From positions 20,023 through 84,022 of the IMG/VR virus record IMGVR_UViG_3300002835_007718: DNA of 64,000 bases. One strand, written 5' to 3'. Every line of letters begins with the position of its first letter. Position 1 is the stretch's first letter. The notes beneath the pieces are model-generated. The model was not told the DNA's origin, searched no databases, and worked only from the letters and a program-made list of their open reading frames with translations. The position numbers were made by a program, and so were the translations under genes. Below are positions 49,341-58,605 of the stretch, in pieces. The DNA is from a virus.

Positions 49341-49580
49341 TTATTTACCTAAATTATAAGCTTTATCAAAAGCATTTGCTAATTTACGAAGTTTATCTTT
49401 TTCATCTTGCGTAGGGGCGCTATTAATGGTGTCTTCGATTTTATTTTTAATATTATCAAGGTCTTGTTGGAGTCGTTGTTTTAATTTTGTTTTTTTACTA
49501 ACAAACAAATCAAAGATTCCCTCCGATAGCCCGGCGGATTTAAATACTTCTTTAAGTTTTGATTTTTTAATTGTATTCAT
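49341..49580 (-). CDS. Hypothetical protein
   Basis: Start MNTIKK after a TATTTATA motif. Confidence 0.6.
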   Translation of the reverse strand: MNTIKKSKLKEVFKSAGLSEGIFDLFVSKKTKLKQRLQQDLDNIKNKIEDTINSAPTQDEKDKLRKLANAFDKAYNLGK

Positions 49581-49615
49581 AATACATTCCTTTACATCAT
49601 ATAGTATAAATATAG

Positions 49616-49642
49616 AAATACCCAACAAAGTGTTGGGTATTT
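49616..49642 (-). terminator. Hairpin terminator
   Basis: Minus strand AAATACCCAACA-CTT-TGTTGGGTATTT, immediately after the frameshift ORF stop. Confidence 0.7.
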
Positions 49643-49643
49643 A

Positions 49644-49862
49644 CTATTTTCTTGTTTTTGAACGAATTTTGGCAGCTTCTGTGTCATGAGCCTTCTTTTC
49701 ATCCGTTTTGAATTCTATAATTTTGTTAATATAAAACTTTCTAACCCATATTGGAAAGTTGTATACATCGGAAAAGGTAAATCCACCATTTCCATGATAT
49801 ATTAAATCAAAAATATGTGAGTGGAGATGCTTTCTGTAACTAGGACTTAGGCCAAAAAAAGG
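49644..49862 (-). CDS. Frameshift extension of the tail assembly chaperone (gp51/gpGT-like; no start codon)
   Basis: Frame reads PFFGLSPSYRKHLHSHIFDLIYHGNGGFTFSDVYNFPIWVRKFY...KTRK* and opens at a T7 run. Confidence 0.7.
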   Translation of the reverse strand, partial: PFFGLSPSYRKHLHSHIFDLIYHGNGGFTFSDVYNFPIWVRKFYINKIIEFKTDEKKAHDTEAAKIRSKTRK

Positions 49863-50712
49863 TCACATCCATAGGCAGTAGCATTTCCCTCCTTTCCCCA
49901 GTTTCCTCTGATACAAATTCCCATGTAAGGTCAATATCAGGAATAACTTCATTAATATATCCACGAAGAGCTTTAGAATCAACTGCGAATAATTCATTAT
50001 CAACAAAATGATTAATAGTTCGTTGTTCATGGTCACCATCTACCGAAAGAATCATCGCCTTTAAACGTGTTGTAAGTTCTCGTGAGGTTTCGTCTTTTAA
50101 CTTACGATTTGCCTTTTTTATCTCCTCAACCTCATGTTTAACTTTTCTATCTTTAGATTCAGTCATAGCCATGAATGTAATTTTACGATTTGATGTAGGT
50201 AATGTAAATTCAAATTCATTTTTATGAAGTTCTACTTGAGCAGACCCATCATATTCTTTATTTTCAAATTGAGTTAAATCAATAATATCTTTTTGTTTAT
50301 TATTTGAAAATGGGTCTTGAATTTCTACTTCATAGTCTTTACCATATCCGAGAATACGAGCTGCAATCATAATTGCGTTTTTATCACCACTTACTAAATC
50401 AACATATTTGATTGGTTGACCTTCGCCATTAGAGATGATAAGCGATTGAAACAATCGGTCAAGAACTGACCCATCTTTGATATATGATTGCGTTGTAAGA
50501 ATATCTTCTTCTTTTGCAGTCATATATTTCATTTCAATTTTACCTGTCGAAAGGGGATTGTCTTTTGAGTAAACAAGCCCTTTCGATGGTAAGTCAATAA
50601 TTTCAGTTGGAAATTTATAATCACGAACTTGTTGAACTTCGTGTTCATTTCTCAACTGAGAAACGATGTCTTTATTTGACATCCCTTTATAGTCATCTTG
50701 TAAATCTACCAT
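49840..50712 (-). CDS. Tail/baseplate hub assembly chaperone (gp26-like)
   Basis: IDLPSKG, KYMTAKEEDIL, RILGYG and C-terminal FFWP. Confidence 0.75.
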   Translation of the reverse strand: MVDLQDDYKGMSNKDIVSQLRNEHEVQQVRDYKFPTEIIDLPSKGLVYSKDNPLSTGKIEMKYMTAKEEDILTTQSYIKDGSVLDRLFQSLIISNGEGQPIKYVDLVSGDKNAIMIAARILGYGKDYEVEIQDPFSNNKQKDIIDLTQFENKEYDGSAQVELHKNEFEFTLPTSNRKITFMAMTESKDRKVKHEVEEIKKANRKLKDETSRELTTRLKAMILSVDGDHEQRTINHFVDNELFAVDSKALRGYINEVIPDIDLTWEFVSEETGERREMLLPMDVTFFWPKS

Positions 50713-50728
50713 AACTTTTTGATTTTAA

Positions 50729-50983
50729 TTAAGATAATTCAATTGAATAATTACCATCAGAGCCTACTAATTTAGATACTCCTGGTTGAAATCCTTCAGG
50801 CATTTCAATTTCTAATGAAATACAATCCATGTATGAAGTGTCCCAACCGCTAAGTGGCAATTGCCATTCTGTGGTGGCTACATCGATTGTTTTAAAGCCG
50901 GTGTCAGCTGCATCTACAAATGAACCCACTCCGTTTACATACTCAACGACATTGGTTTCTTTTCTTCTTACAAAATTTGTCAT
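50729..50983 (-). CDS. Hypothetical protein
   Basis: 84 aa, preceded by the TATTTATA motif. Confidence 0.6.
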   Translation of the reverse strand: MTNFVRRKETNVVEYVNGVGSFVDAADTGFKTIDVATTEWQLPLSGWDTSYMDCISLEIEMPEGFQPGVSKLVGSDGNYSIELS

Positions 50984-51042
50984 TATTTTTCCTTATTATT
51001 TGTTAACTTATATATAAATATGTAAATAAAACTTTTTAATAC

Positions 51043-51068
51043 AAAAAAACCCCACCGAAGTGGGGTTT
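51043..51068 (-). terminator. Intrinsic terminator with a C(UUCG)G tetraloop
   Basis: Minus strand AAACCCCAC-TTCG-GTGGGG-TTTTTTT after the tail tube gene. Confidence 0.9.
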
Positions 51069-51087
51069 ATCATTTTTTAATCTAAAA

Positions 51088-51576
51088 TTAGTATTGTAAG
51101 ATAGCGTAATCGTAAGTCAATGTTAATTCAACGGTTGCAAGGTCTTCACCTGCATAATCCATATCAGAAAATTTAGCTGTCTGAATAAATGCGCCTTTTA
51201 ATGTCCATTCTTCTACTTTATCACCAACAGGACCCAAACTATTAAATGTGATATCTTTTTTATAGAAATCAGAATATCCATCACGGCCAGTTACCGATTC
51301 GTGGTGTAAACGAACCCACTCCATAACAGCTTGTGCAGCTGAAGGAACTACGGCATCGTAAAGGGTTATTGCAACATCCGACCATTCAGAACGACCCTTA
51401 ACATATCTACGAGTGTTAATGTGGTCAATGGTAACTTTACCATTAACTATTTCGGGTCTAGCTGCTGTTTTTATCAAGTATGCGGGAATACCTTCAATAT
51501 ACATAATGAACCTATTGGACATTTTAGGTTCAAAATTGGTGAACATGATTTCATTTGGGTCAAGTAATTGTGCCAT
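51088..51576 (-). CDS. Tail tube protein (gp19-like)
   Basis: FEPK..NRF, EW.LKGAF and LTLTYDYA; follows the sheath gene. Confidence 0.85.
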   Translation of the reverse strand: MAQLLDPNEIMFTNFEPKMSNRFIMYIEGIPAYLIKTAARPEIVNGKVTIDHINTRRYVKGRSEWSDVAITLYDAVVPSAAQAVMEWVRLHHESVTGRDGYSDFYKKDITFNSLGPVGDKVEEWTLKGAFIQTAKFSDMDYAGEDLATVELTLTYDYAILQY

Positions 51577-51622
51577 TTATATTTCTCCTATTATCTTTTT
51601 AATAAATAGTCGTTTATTTAAT

Positions 51623-53956
51623 TTATGCTCCAGGGAACGTTGCGCCCGTTGGAAGAATGTTAAAGTCAAGAACAATGAATTCTGCTGTCTTTGATGGTTG
51701 TAGGAAAATTTCACCTACCATAGTGTTTCTATCAATTACATCAGGAGTGTTATTAGTATCATCCATTACAACACGGAAAGCAAATAAACCATTTCTTTGT
51801 TGGATTGATTCCAAGTATGGGTTTACAATTGACAAGAATCGGTTTCTTGTTGCAGCCGTATTATTTTCAAATACCAAATATCTTGTAGAAGATGCAATAA
51901 ACTTCTTAACAGCAATTAACAATCTACGAACATTGATTCTATCCAATGCGGATGGTCTAGCTTGTAAGGTTTTTTGACCGAATACAGTAGCACCTTGGCC
52001 AGGGAATGTAGCGATTGGGTTTACACGGCCTTCGTAAAGTGTGTCTCTCTCAGCGTGAGTCAAACGAGATTTAACTTCAATAACATTTGTTAATCCACCT
52101 CTATTCAAACCTGCGGGAGCAAACCATTCAGCAGCAACCGAATCATTGAAAGCAATCACGCCAGGTAAAACAACACTTGGCGGAACCCATACTGGCTTGT
52201 TCTTATCAGTATCAAGGATTTTAACCCATGGGTGGTAAGTAGCAACATAGTTAGAGTCAAACGAAGTTAATGCGTTTACAACCGTAGTGTTTGAATCTTG
52301 ATATGCGCCTGCATCCATTACAAAGAAACAATCTTGTCTATCTTCACACATATCTTTAGCGTATATAGTTACTGAAGAGTGTAGTCTATGTAAAACGCCT
52401 GGAAGAACAACCATATTAATATCAAACTCATCAGGATTTGAAACTGCGTTGATAGCTTTTCTTAAAGCGATAGTACCAGTAGCCGTAGCAGATGAACAAT
52501 CCAACCCTTGAGTGTTTCCAGCAACAATACTTGTTCCTGTAAGGATTACCCGATTTGGCTCCCAACCATCAAAACCACCTTGAAGTGGAACCATAAATTT
52601 CTTAGCATCTACATTAGATGTTAATGTAATTGGAGAACCATTTGAGTGACAAGTAGCCAAATCAAAGTCAGAACCAACAATTTCCGTGTTAGCGTCTGGA
52701 GTTGGCATTAAGAAGTTTAGGTTATCAGTTGAACTGAAATCATAATCATATCCTAAGAATACTCGTGTGTTTACCACACCACCTAATGATTGAGATACAA
52801 CATAGGTTGGAGTTGGTAAATTATAACCACTATGAAGTGGTGATGTTAGAGCAGCAAATCCAAAAGGAACTAATGATGAGTCAATAGCACCATTTGTTAC
52901 ATCACTTGTCATTTCAACACGAATGTGAGCCGAATTGTTGGGATAGTCTCCCTCAAATACTAATTTACCATTTTCATCTACATTAACATATCTATCACCA
53001 ATAACTCTTGCGATATAATTTGGAGAATTTGGGTCAAGGTTAAGACCTGTAAACTCTTCAACAATATTTGGTCGTGTGTCTGCGTCTTGAATACTTGTTC
53101 CAAAGATTGAGTTTGGAATTTTTGCAGTATCTACTCTACGAACTTGTAAAGTAAATGTTCCGTATTCTGAACCAGGAACTTCAGATGCTGGTTTAACATC
53201 ACGAATACCAATCTTAAATTCATAGTTTGTAGCGGTGCCATGTGAAAGAGTATAAACTTTAAATAAGTTTGTAGCTACACCACCAACTTTTTGTGAAAGG
53301 ATATATGGAGTTGATGCTTCAGAATATGCTTTAGTATAGTCGGTATCAATTTTAGATAGTGATACCTTAACATTCTCACCTGTAGCAAATGATGCTGATT
53401 GGAATGTTGAAAAGTTCAACATAGTATATGCAACCTTTGAAGATTTAGGAGCATATCCATAAATTTTAGTAAAGTAATTTTGTGAACTTGGATTCATAGA
53501 AGCCGAAGTTGCAGTTGAACTTACTGAACTACCAGTTAAGGTCAATAAGAACAAAGAAGCACTTGCTGCTGTATCTACTATTGAATCATCAAAATCACCA
53601 CCAAAAGTAGCAGTAGTTGGGTGTAATAAAGCACCTACTCGTTCACCTGCAGATGATGAAATTACTAAAGCAACTGGCTTTGCTGTATATCCATCATTAC
53701 CCAATACTCTAACGATTGTAGCAGTGCCAGCATCTTCTAAATAAGCTTGTGCTGTATATGGAAGGTATGAGTCTTCGGTTAAACCTCCGAAGCGTTGTGT
53801 AAATTCATTAAAAGATTCTACTTGTGTTGGAACAAAAGCAGGACCTTTGATAGTTTGCCCAATAAGAGCGGCACCAATTTCAGCAATACCAGCAGGTAAA
53901 AACGAAAGGTCTTTTTCTCGTGTAAATACGCCTGGACTAACAATTCTTTCAGCCAT
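51623..53956 (-). CDS. Contractile tail sheath protein (gp18-like)
   Basis: SPGVFTREKDLS, WFAPAGLNRG, GQKTL, RINVRRL and AEFI. Confidence 0.95.
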   Translation of the reverse strand: MAERIVSPGVFTREKDLSFLPAGIAEIGAALIGQTIKGPAFVPTQVESFNEFTQRFGGLTEDSYLPYTAQAYLEDAGTATIVRVLGNDGYTAKPVALVISSSAGERVGALLHPTTATFGGDFDDSIVDTAASASLFLLTLTGSSVSSTATSASMNPSSQNYFTKIYGYAPKSSKVAYTMLNFSTFQSASFATGENVKVSLSKIDTDYTKAYSEASTPYILSQKVGGVATNLFKVYTLSHGTATNYEFKIGIRDVKPASEVPGSEYGTFTLQVRRVDTAKIPNSIFGTSIQDADTRPNIVEEFTGLNLDPNSPNYIARVIGDRYVNVDENGKLVFEGDYPNNSAHIRVEMTSDVTNGAIDSSLVPFGFAALTSPLHSGYNLPTPTYVVSQSLGGVVNTRVFLGYDYDFSSTDNLNFLMPTPDANTEIVGSDFDLATCHSNGSPITLTSNVDAKKFMVPLQGGFDGWEPNRVILTGTSIVAGNTQGLDCSSATATGTIALRKAINAVSNPDEFDINMVVLPGVLHRLHSSVTIYAKDMCEDRQDCFFVMDAGAYQDSNTTVVNALTSFDSNYVATYHPWVKILDTDKNKPVWVPPSVVLPGVIAFNDSVAAEWFAPAGLNRGGLTNVIEVKSRLTHAERDTLYEGRVNPIATFPGQGATVFGQKTLQARPSALDRINVRRLLIAVKKFIASSTRYLVFENNTAATRNRFLSIVNPYLESIQQRNGLFAFRVVMDDTNNTPDVIDRNTMVGEIFLQPSKTAEFIVLDFNILPTGATFPGA

Positions 53957-54026
53957 TATTTTTCTCCTAAATTCAAAATTTGGTTTTTCTTATAATAAAT
54001 AGACCATAAATTAAGGAAACGAATAC

Positions 54027-54308
54027 TTATTTGTTGGGAGTGAATGTATTTGTAGAAATATCATACTCACCATCTCCGTATTTTTCCCTTAATCGCTTGC
54101 CTAATTGTAATTCCTGAACTTTAACATCATTATATGAGTTTATCAATGTGACTTTTTCACTTTTTAACTCTTGAAATGCGTTTTCTAACTCCTGAATATT
54201 TAATTCTACTTCTCCAATACGAGAAATGGTTATTAAAATTTTTTGTTGAAGTTCTTTAATCTCAATAACTTCTTCTTCGGTAAATTGTTTTACTAATTTT
54301 TCTTCCAT
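54027..54308 (-). CDS. Coiled-coil hypothetical protein
   Basis: Heptad pattern; C-terminal EKYGDGEYD. Confidence 0.65.
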   Translation of the reverse strand: MEEKLVKQFTEEEVIEIKELQQKILITISRIGEVELNIQELENAFQELKSEKVTLINSYNDVKVQELQLGKRLREKYGDGEYDISTNTFTPNK

Positions 54309-54349
54309 AACAATTATATTAGTTTGTTTACAGTATAAATATGTAAAAT

Positions 54350-55189
54350 TTATTCATTACCACTTTTAATTGGAGCATCAGTATTATTTAATTTTGGAGA
54401 ATTACCCCATGAAACTTTTCCAACTGAAAATCTGCGTTTAGTATTATTTACCATACCAGCATATTCGGGCACAATGTATGCTTTTGCTGTTAAGGTTATA
54501 TTTGCTCTTGTAATTCGGTCTTCGGTTACTGATGTTACTGTTTCAAATGAATATGAATCGGCTTTAATTACAAATTTATACCTATCACCAAAAGAACGAC
54601 CTTGAAAATATATAATTTGTTCTACAATTTTGTTTACTTGTTCCATGTATTCACACCAAATAGCAACTTCATATTCTAAATTAACATAATCAGGTCTTTC
54701 AACCGACATAAATTCTCTAACTGGCTGTTGGTCGGTTAAAATTGAAAATTGGTCGTATCTATTTGCGCTTGTATATTTTCTTTCAAACATCTGATGCGCA
54801 TCTTCATTTTCAGCAACTTTTAATTTGGATAATTCTGTATTAATTGAAAGGTTGTTTCTTTTAAATGAAATAACGGGCGTTAATAACATATCATTGTCAT
54901 CAACCATGTAACCTCTTTGTTGTGCAGATACCCATTTTTCGGCAGATGCATAAATAACAGGTACAGGATAAAATCTCCCATCGCTTTCAATGGTAGGCTT
55001 TACATTATTTTCTAAAAAATTTTTAAATGCAGAATCAACATCGTAAATACCAACCGAAATATTTTTTACATTATCTTGGTCTCTACGAACTTGCTTTGCT
55101 TTATTCAATTTTACATCTTCACTTGTTGAAGATTGTGTTTGAGTAAGATTTGGTTTTATGGTGTCGGTATTTCTATATTTAGTTGCCAT
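54350..55189 (-). CDS. Tail terminator / sheath stabiliser (gp15-like)
   Basis: VPVIYASAEKW and PDYVNLEYE...QVNKIVEQI; lies between neck and sheath genes. Confidence 0.7.
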   Translation of the reverse strand: MATKYRNTDTIKPNLTQTQSSTSEDVKLNKAKQVRRDQDNVKNISVGIYDVDSAFKNFLENNVKPTIESDGRFYPVPVIYASAEKWVSAQQRGYMVDDNDMLLTPVISFKRNNLSINTELSKLKVAENEDAHQMFERKYTSANRYDQFSILTDQQPVREFMSVERPDYVNLEYEVAIWCEYMEQVNKIVEQIIYFQGRSFGDRYKFVIKADSYSFETVTSVTEDRITRANITLTAKAYIVPEYAGMVNNTKRRFSVGKVSWGNSPKLNNTDAPIKSGNE

Positions 55190-55716
55190 TATAATCCCAT
55201 TGGTATAATATTATTGTTTTGATTTGAATTACCAAATCGAGTATCTACTAAATTAAGTGAAGTCCATCTTGTTGCGTGAGTGTCACAAATTATAGAAACA
55301 GAATATCCTTGTGTGTTTCCACCATCCCATGTTTTTGGATTTTTTCCAACAAAGAATTGGTTTTCGTATTTTGCATCTACCAAAAAGTAAGTATCATTAT
55401 ATTGAATAACATCACCAACTTGAGGAAAAACATCTTTTTCAACTAAAGTATCTCTTAAAAAATTAAATTTAACTTCACGAACATACGATTGTCCAAAATC
55501 ATCTGAAATTTGGGCGGATTGAGCATATTCAAATGTTGCAGGAACTTTAACGGGCTGTTTATATATTTTATCTTTACCTTCACCATATAAATTGGATTTA
55601 GTGTCTTCAACAGATAGCATATAATAATATATTTCCGTATCAATAATATCATTGATTAATTCTTTATTTAAAGTTCTAAATAAAGACATATCACGCTGTC
55701 CGCCAAATAATGCCAT
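55189..55716 (-). CDS. Neck/head closure protein (gp14-like)
   Basis: NLYGE and PQVGDVI; synteny with neck and terminator genes. Confidence 0.65.
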   Translation of the reverse strand: MALFGGQRDMSLFRTLNKELINDIIDTEIYYYMLSVEDTKSNLYGEGKDKIYKQPVKVPATFEYAQSAQISDDFGQSYVREVKFNFLRDTLVEKDVFPQVGDVIQYNDTYFLVDAKYENQFFVGKNPKTWDGGNTQGYSVSIICDTHATRWTSLNLVDTRFGNSNQNNNIIPMGL

Positions 55717-55720
55717 TATA

Positions 55721-56884
55721 TTATCCTATGTAAATTGGTCTTGGAACTCTAGCAAGAGTTAATTCAATAAATTCAGCTTCATCTTTTTTAGCTTCCATTT
55801 GTGCTCTACGAGATGTTGCTTCTAACATTTCTTTTAATTCAGTCAATAAAATTTCTCTTTCAGCAGCAGCTTCACTACGAAGGTCAGCCCCATCCAAAGT
55901 TACATCAGAGCCTGGAATCGGGATTGATGAAAATTTTGAACGAACCGCCCCTAGCATTTCTTTAGCTAATGCTAATGAATATCTAGCAATCCATTGTCTT
56001 CCAGCAGAATTAATTGCAGTATATCTTAATCGGTTAAACGGCACATTTGAAAAGTCGCTTACTACATTTAGTTTTGCGATTGGTGAGTTTGTTTCACTTT
56101 CCAATGTGTAGTCAAAGTAAACTTTTGTGCCTTCATCAGATAGTGCCGGAATTGGAAATAATCTTACACGAGTTCCATCGATATGGAATCCATATGATGA
56201 TTTACGAATAAGGTCATTAAATTCAATTGCCTGTAAACGAAGTAGGTCATCAAACATTGGTTGCATCATAAATGATACGCCAGGTGAATATGCTCCCCAA
56301 CCAAATGTATTTAACATTTGTTGTGAACCCATACCTGTTCCTACAAATGGGTCAAAGTATCTAATGACAGCCGGTGGTTGAAAATGATAAAATCTACGAA
56401 TCGTAACACCATCTAAAACCGAACCACTTTCTAAAGTCACAACACTACCATCAGCAAGGTCATAAATTTGTTTACCACTAACCATTTCAAATGAGCCGGT
56501 GTAAACCGTCACACGACCACCACTTAATGCTTCAGTTCCATAATCTTTAGCAATGTTAACAACGCCTGATAAATTAGCGTTAAGTTGTGTATCTCTTAAA
56601 TCCAAGTTTAAATCGGAACCTTGAAGAGATAACATATTTTCTTTTGCTCTATATTGATTTACTTGTGATGAATACTCATTTGCTGATTCTTCAAAACAAG
56701 TAAAAAAATTGATATCTTGTAATTCAATATCTACAATTGGATATCCCAATCGTTTAGCGCACCAATCCGCAACTTTTGGAGCATCCGACCTGAATTGTGA
56801 ATCAGAATCAAAAAATCCGAAAGGTGTTGATGAACCACTTGTAAATGAACCTGACCCCGGCCATATTGGAATATTAATTGCCAT
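55721..56884 (-). CDS. Neck protein (gp13-like)
   Basis: RLGYPIVDIEL and WIARYSLALAKEMLGAVRSKF..IP...VTLDG. Confidence 0.8.
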   Translation of the reverse strand: MAINIPIWPGSGSFTSGSSTPFGFFDSDSQFRSDAPKVADWCAKRLGYPIVDIELQDINFFTCFEESANEYSSQVNQYRAKENMLSLQGSDLNLDLRDTQLNANLSGVVNIAKDYGTEALSGGRVTVYTGSFEMVSGKQIYDLADGSVVTLESGSVLDGVTIRRFYHFQPPAVIRYFDPFVGTGMGSQQMLNTFGWGAYSPGVSFMMQPMFDDLLRLQAIEFNDLIRKSSYGFHIDGTRVRLFPIPALSDEGTKVYFDYTLESETNSPIAKLNVVSDFSNVPFNRLRYTAINSAGRQWIARYSLALAKEMLGAVRSKFSSIPIPGSDVTLDGADLRSEAAAEREILLTELKEMLEATSRRAQMEAKKDEAEFIELTLARVPRPIYIG

Positions 56885-56904
56885 TTAAGCTCCTGTATTA
56901 TTAT

Positions 56905-56922
56905 CTCACTATATAAATAGTA
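56905..56922 (-). promoter_or_regulatory. Putative phage late promoter TATTTATA (representative copy)
   Basis: The motif or a close variant recurs upstream of structural genes near 37060, 49605, 51013, 51601, 53993, 54334, 56912 and 60517. Confidence 0.55.
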
Positions 56923-56928
56923 TAACGT

Positions 56929-58605
56929 TTATCTTTCCAAGTTTTTCATGAAAGACACAATAATATATCTCTTACCTTTAGTAACCGCTCTAGCCCCATG
57001 TTTATGGGTTATGTTTCCAGGATGAAGAGTTGCATAACCAATTGAGTTTTTTACCAACTTTTTTTGCCGTTTAAACCAAGTTCCACCCCCTTCATATTCA
57101 TTAAAGTCTGAAAGTTGTATTAAACAAGTAATATCAGATGAATCATGGTGAATACCTAAATGTCCTTGAGCGTCTGGCGTATACTTTGCAAGAAAGTTTT
57201 CACTACTCATATTATCCCAACCCTTTCCATTAAGAGCCCACATATGAATTGAGAGTGGCATTACAAATTGTTTTAAAATTTCCAAATAGGTATCGTGTAA
57301 TCCAATAGTTTCTAATACCATATCAGTAGTTGGATAATTTTCATGCCTGTTAGTAGTCCAACACTCACAATGTTCAGCTTCTTCACGAATCATTTTACAA
57401 AATTCTTCAGTAAATAATGGAAATGAAAAACAATTGTCAAATGGCTCGTCCGTGATTAAGTCCCACTCTTTTGTTCTTGCGGAATATGTCACAAACCTAT
57501 TAATCCAAGCTTGTGGATTTTCATTGTAGGTGTATAACTCTGGATGTAATTTTCCATTGTTTTTAATAACATCTACCCATTTACCTATGCGGTTTTCCCA
57601 ACTTTCATTTTTTGCAAAATTATATGCGGTCTCTTGATTTAATTGTTGTAAAGATTTGTTATTATACAAATATTTAAATTCTTCAAAAATTTTACTTTTT
57701 AAAATTTCCAAATCAGATGGAGTTGATATTAATGCAGATTTTCCTAATAACAAATTACCCAAATTACCTGTATCAGTTGATACAATTTTTACATTACCAT
57801 ACATCATTTCTAACGCTGTAATACAAAATGTTTCAATATATTTTGATGGATACACCCAATATTCTGAAGATTTAATTTGAGTATAAAGTTCTTTTGGAGA
57901 TAAGTTATCTACAAAATGAACTCCATCATAAAATCCTTTATAGTTTTCATACCATTCCAATCCATATGGTGGCGTGGCTACCCAAAGAGTTGCTTCAGGA
58001 ATCATGTCTTTGATTCTTGGCCAGATTTCTAATAATTCCTTTAGCCCTCTATCTGCTGCTGATGTATATATAAATTTATTTTTATATTTTGGAACATCTA
58101 TATCTTGCCAATCATATGGGTCGATTGCGTTTTCGATTACAATGATTTTATTTTTAATTTCAGGATAAGTGTTTTCTAATAATTTTTTTTGATATTCAGA
58201 TACAGCAATTACAGATGTTAATCTATTGTCTAATAAATAATTTCTACCATTATTTTCTAAAACTTCACCATTATACCATGGATAAAATTCCTCATTGTGA
58301 ATCCAAAAAAATGACTTATCATATGATATATTTAAAGATTCTAAAACTTTTATGTAGTGTATATAAGCAGTTGCTATTACAATATCAAAATGTTGGTTTT
58401 CTTGTAGTTCTCTTATATTTGTATATACAACCCCATCGCATACATCTGAAATAACTTCACCACTAACAACAACATTATATCCCTCTGCGAATAAATAATC
58501 CGCAAGTTTTATAGTTGAATATTCAGTTCCACCTGCTCCTAACTCTAACCATGTTTTTTTATTAAATGGTAATTTTTGATAACCTGTGTAAATTAATACT
58601 TTCAT
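56929..58605 (-). CDS. Bifunctional GT4 glycosyltransferase fused to a PLOD/LH3-like collagen lysyl hydroxylase
   Basis: N-domain: GAGGTE, YTSAADRGL, YPS..IETFCITALE. C-domain (about 56929-57552): FPLFTEEFC, ENYPTTD, NFLAKY, HHDSS, YEGGG.WF, LHPGNITHKHG, RYIIVSF. Confidence 0.85.
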   Translation of the reverse strand: MKVLIYTGYQKLPFNKKTWLELGAGGTEYSTIKLADYLFAEGYNVVVSGEVISDVCDGVVYTNIRELQENQHFDIVIATAYIHYIKVLESLNISYDKSFFWIHNEEFYPWYNGEVLENNGRNYLLDNRLTSVIAVSEYQKKLLENTYPEIKNKIIVIENAIDPYDWQDIDVPKYKNKFIYTSAADRGLKELLEIWPRIKDMIPEATLWVATPPYGLEWYENYKGFYDGVHFVDNLSPKELYTQIKSSEYWVYPSKYIETFCITALEMMYGNVKIVSTDTGNLGNLLLGKSALISTPSDLEILKSKIFEEFKYLYNNKSLQQLNQETAYNFAKNESWENRIGKWVDVIKNNGKLHPELYTYNENPQAWINRFVTYSARTKEWDLITDEPFDNCFSFPLFTEEFCKMIREEAEHCECWTTNRHENYPTTDMVLETIGLHDTYLEILKQFVMPLSIHMWALNGKGWDNMSSENFLAKYTPDAQGHLGIHHDSSDITCLIQLSDFNEYEGGGTWFKRQKKLVKNSIGYATLHPGNITHKHGARAVTKGKRYIIVSFMKNLER

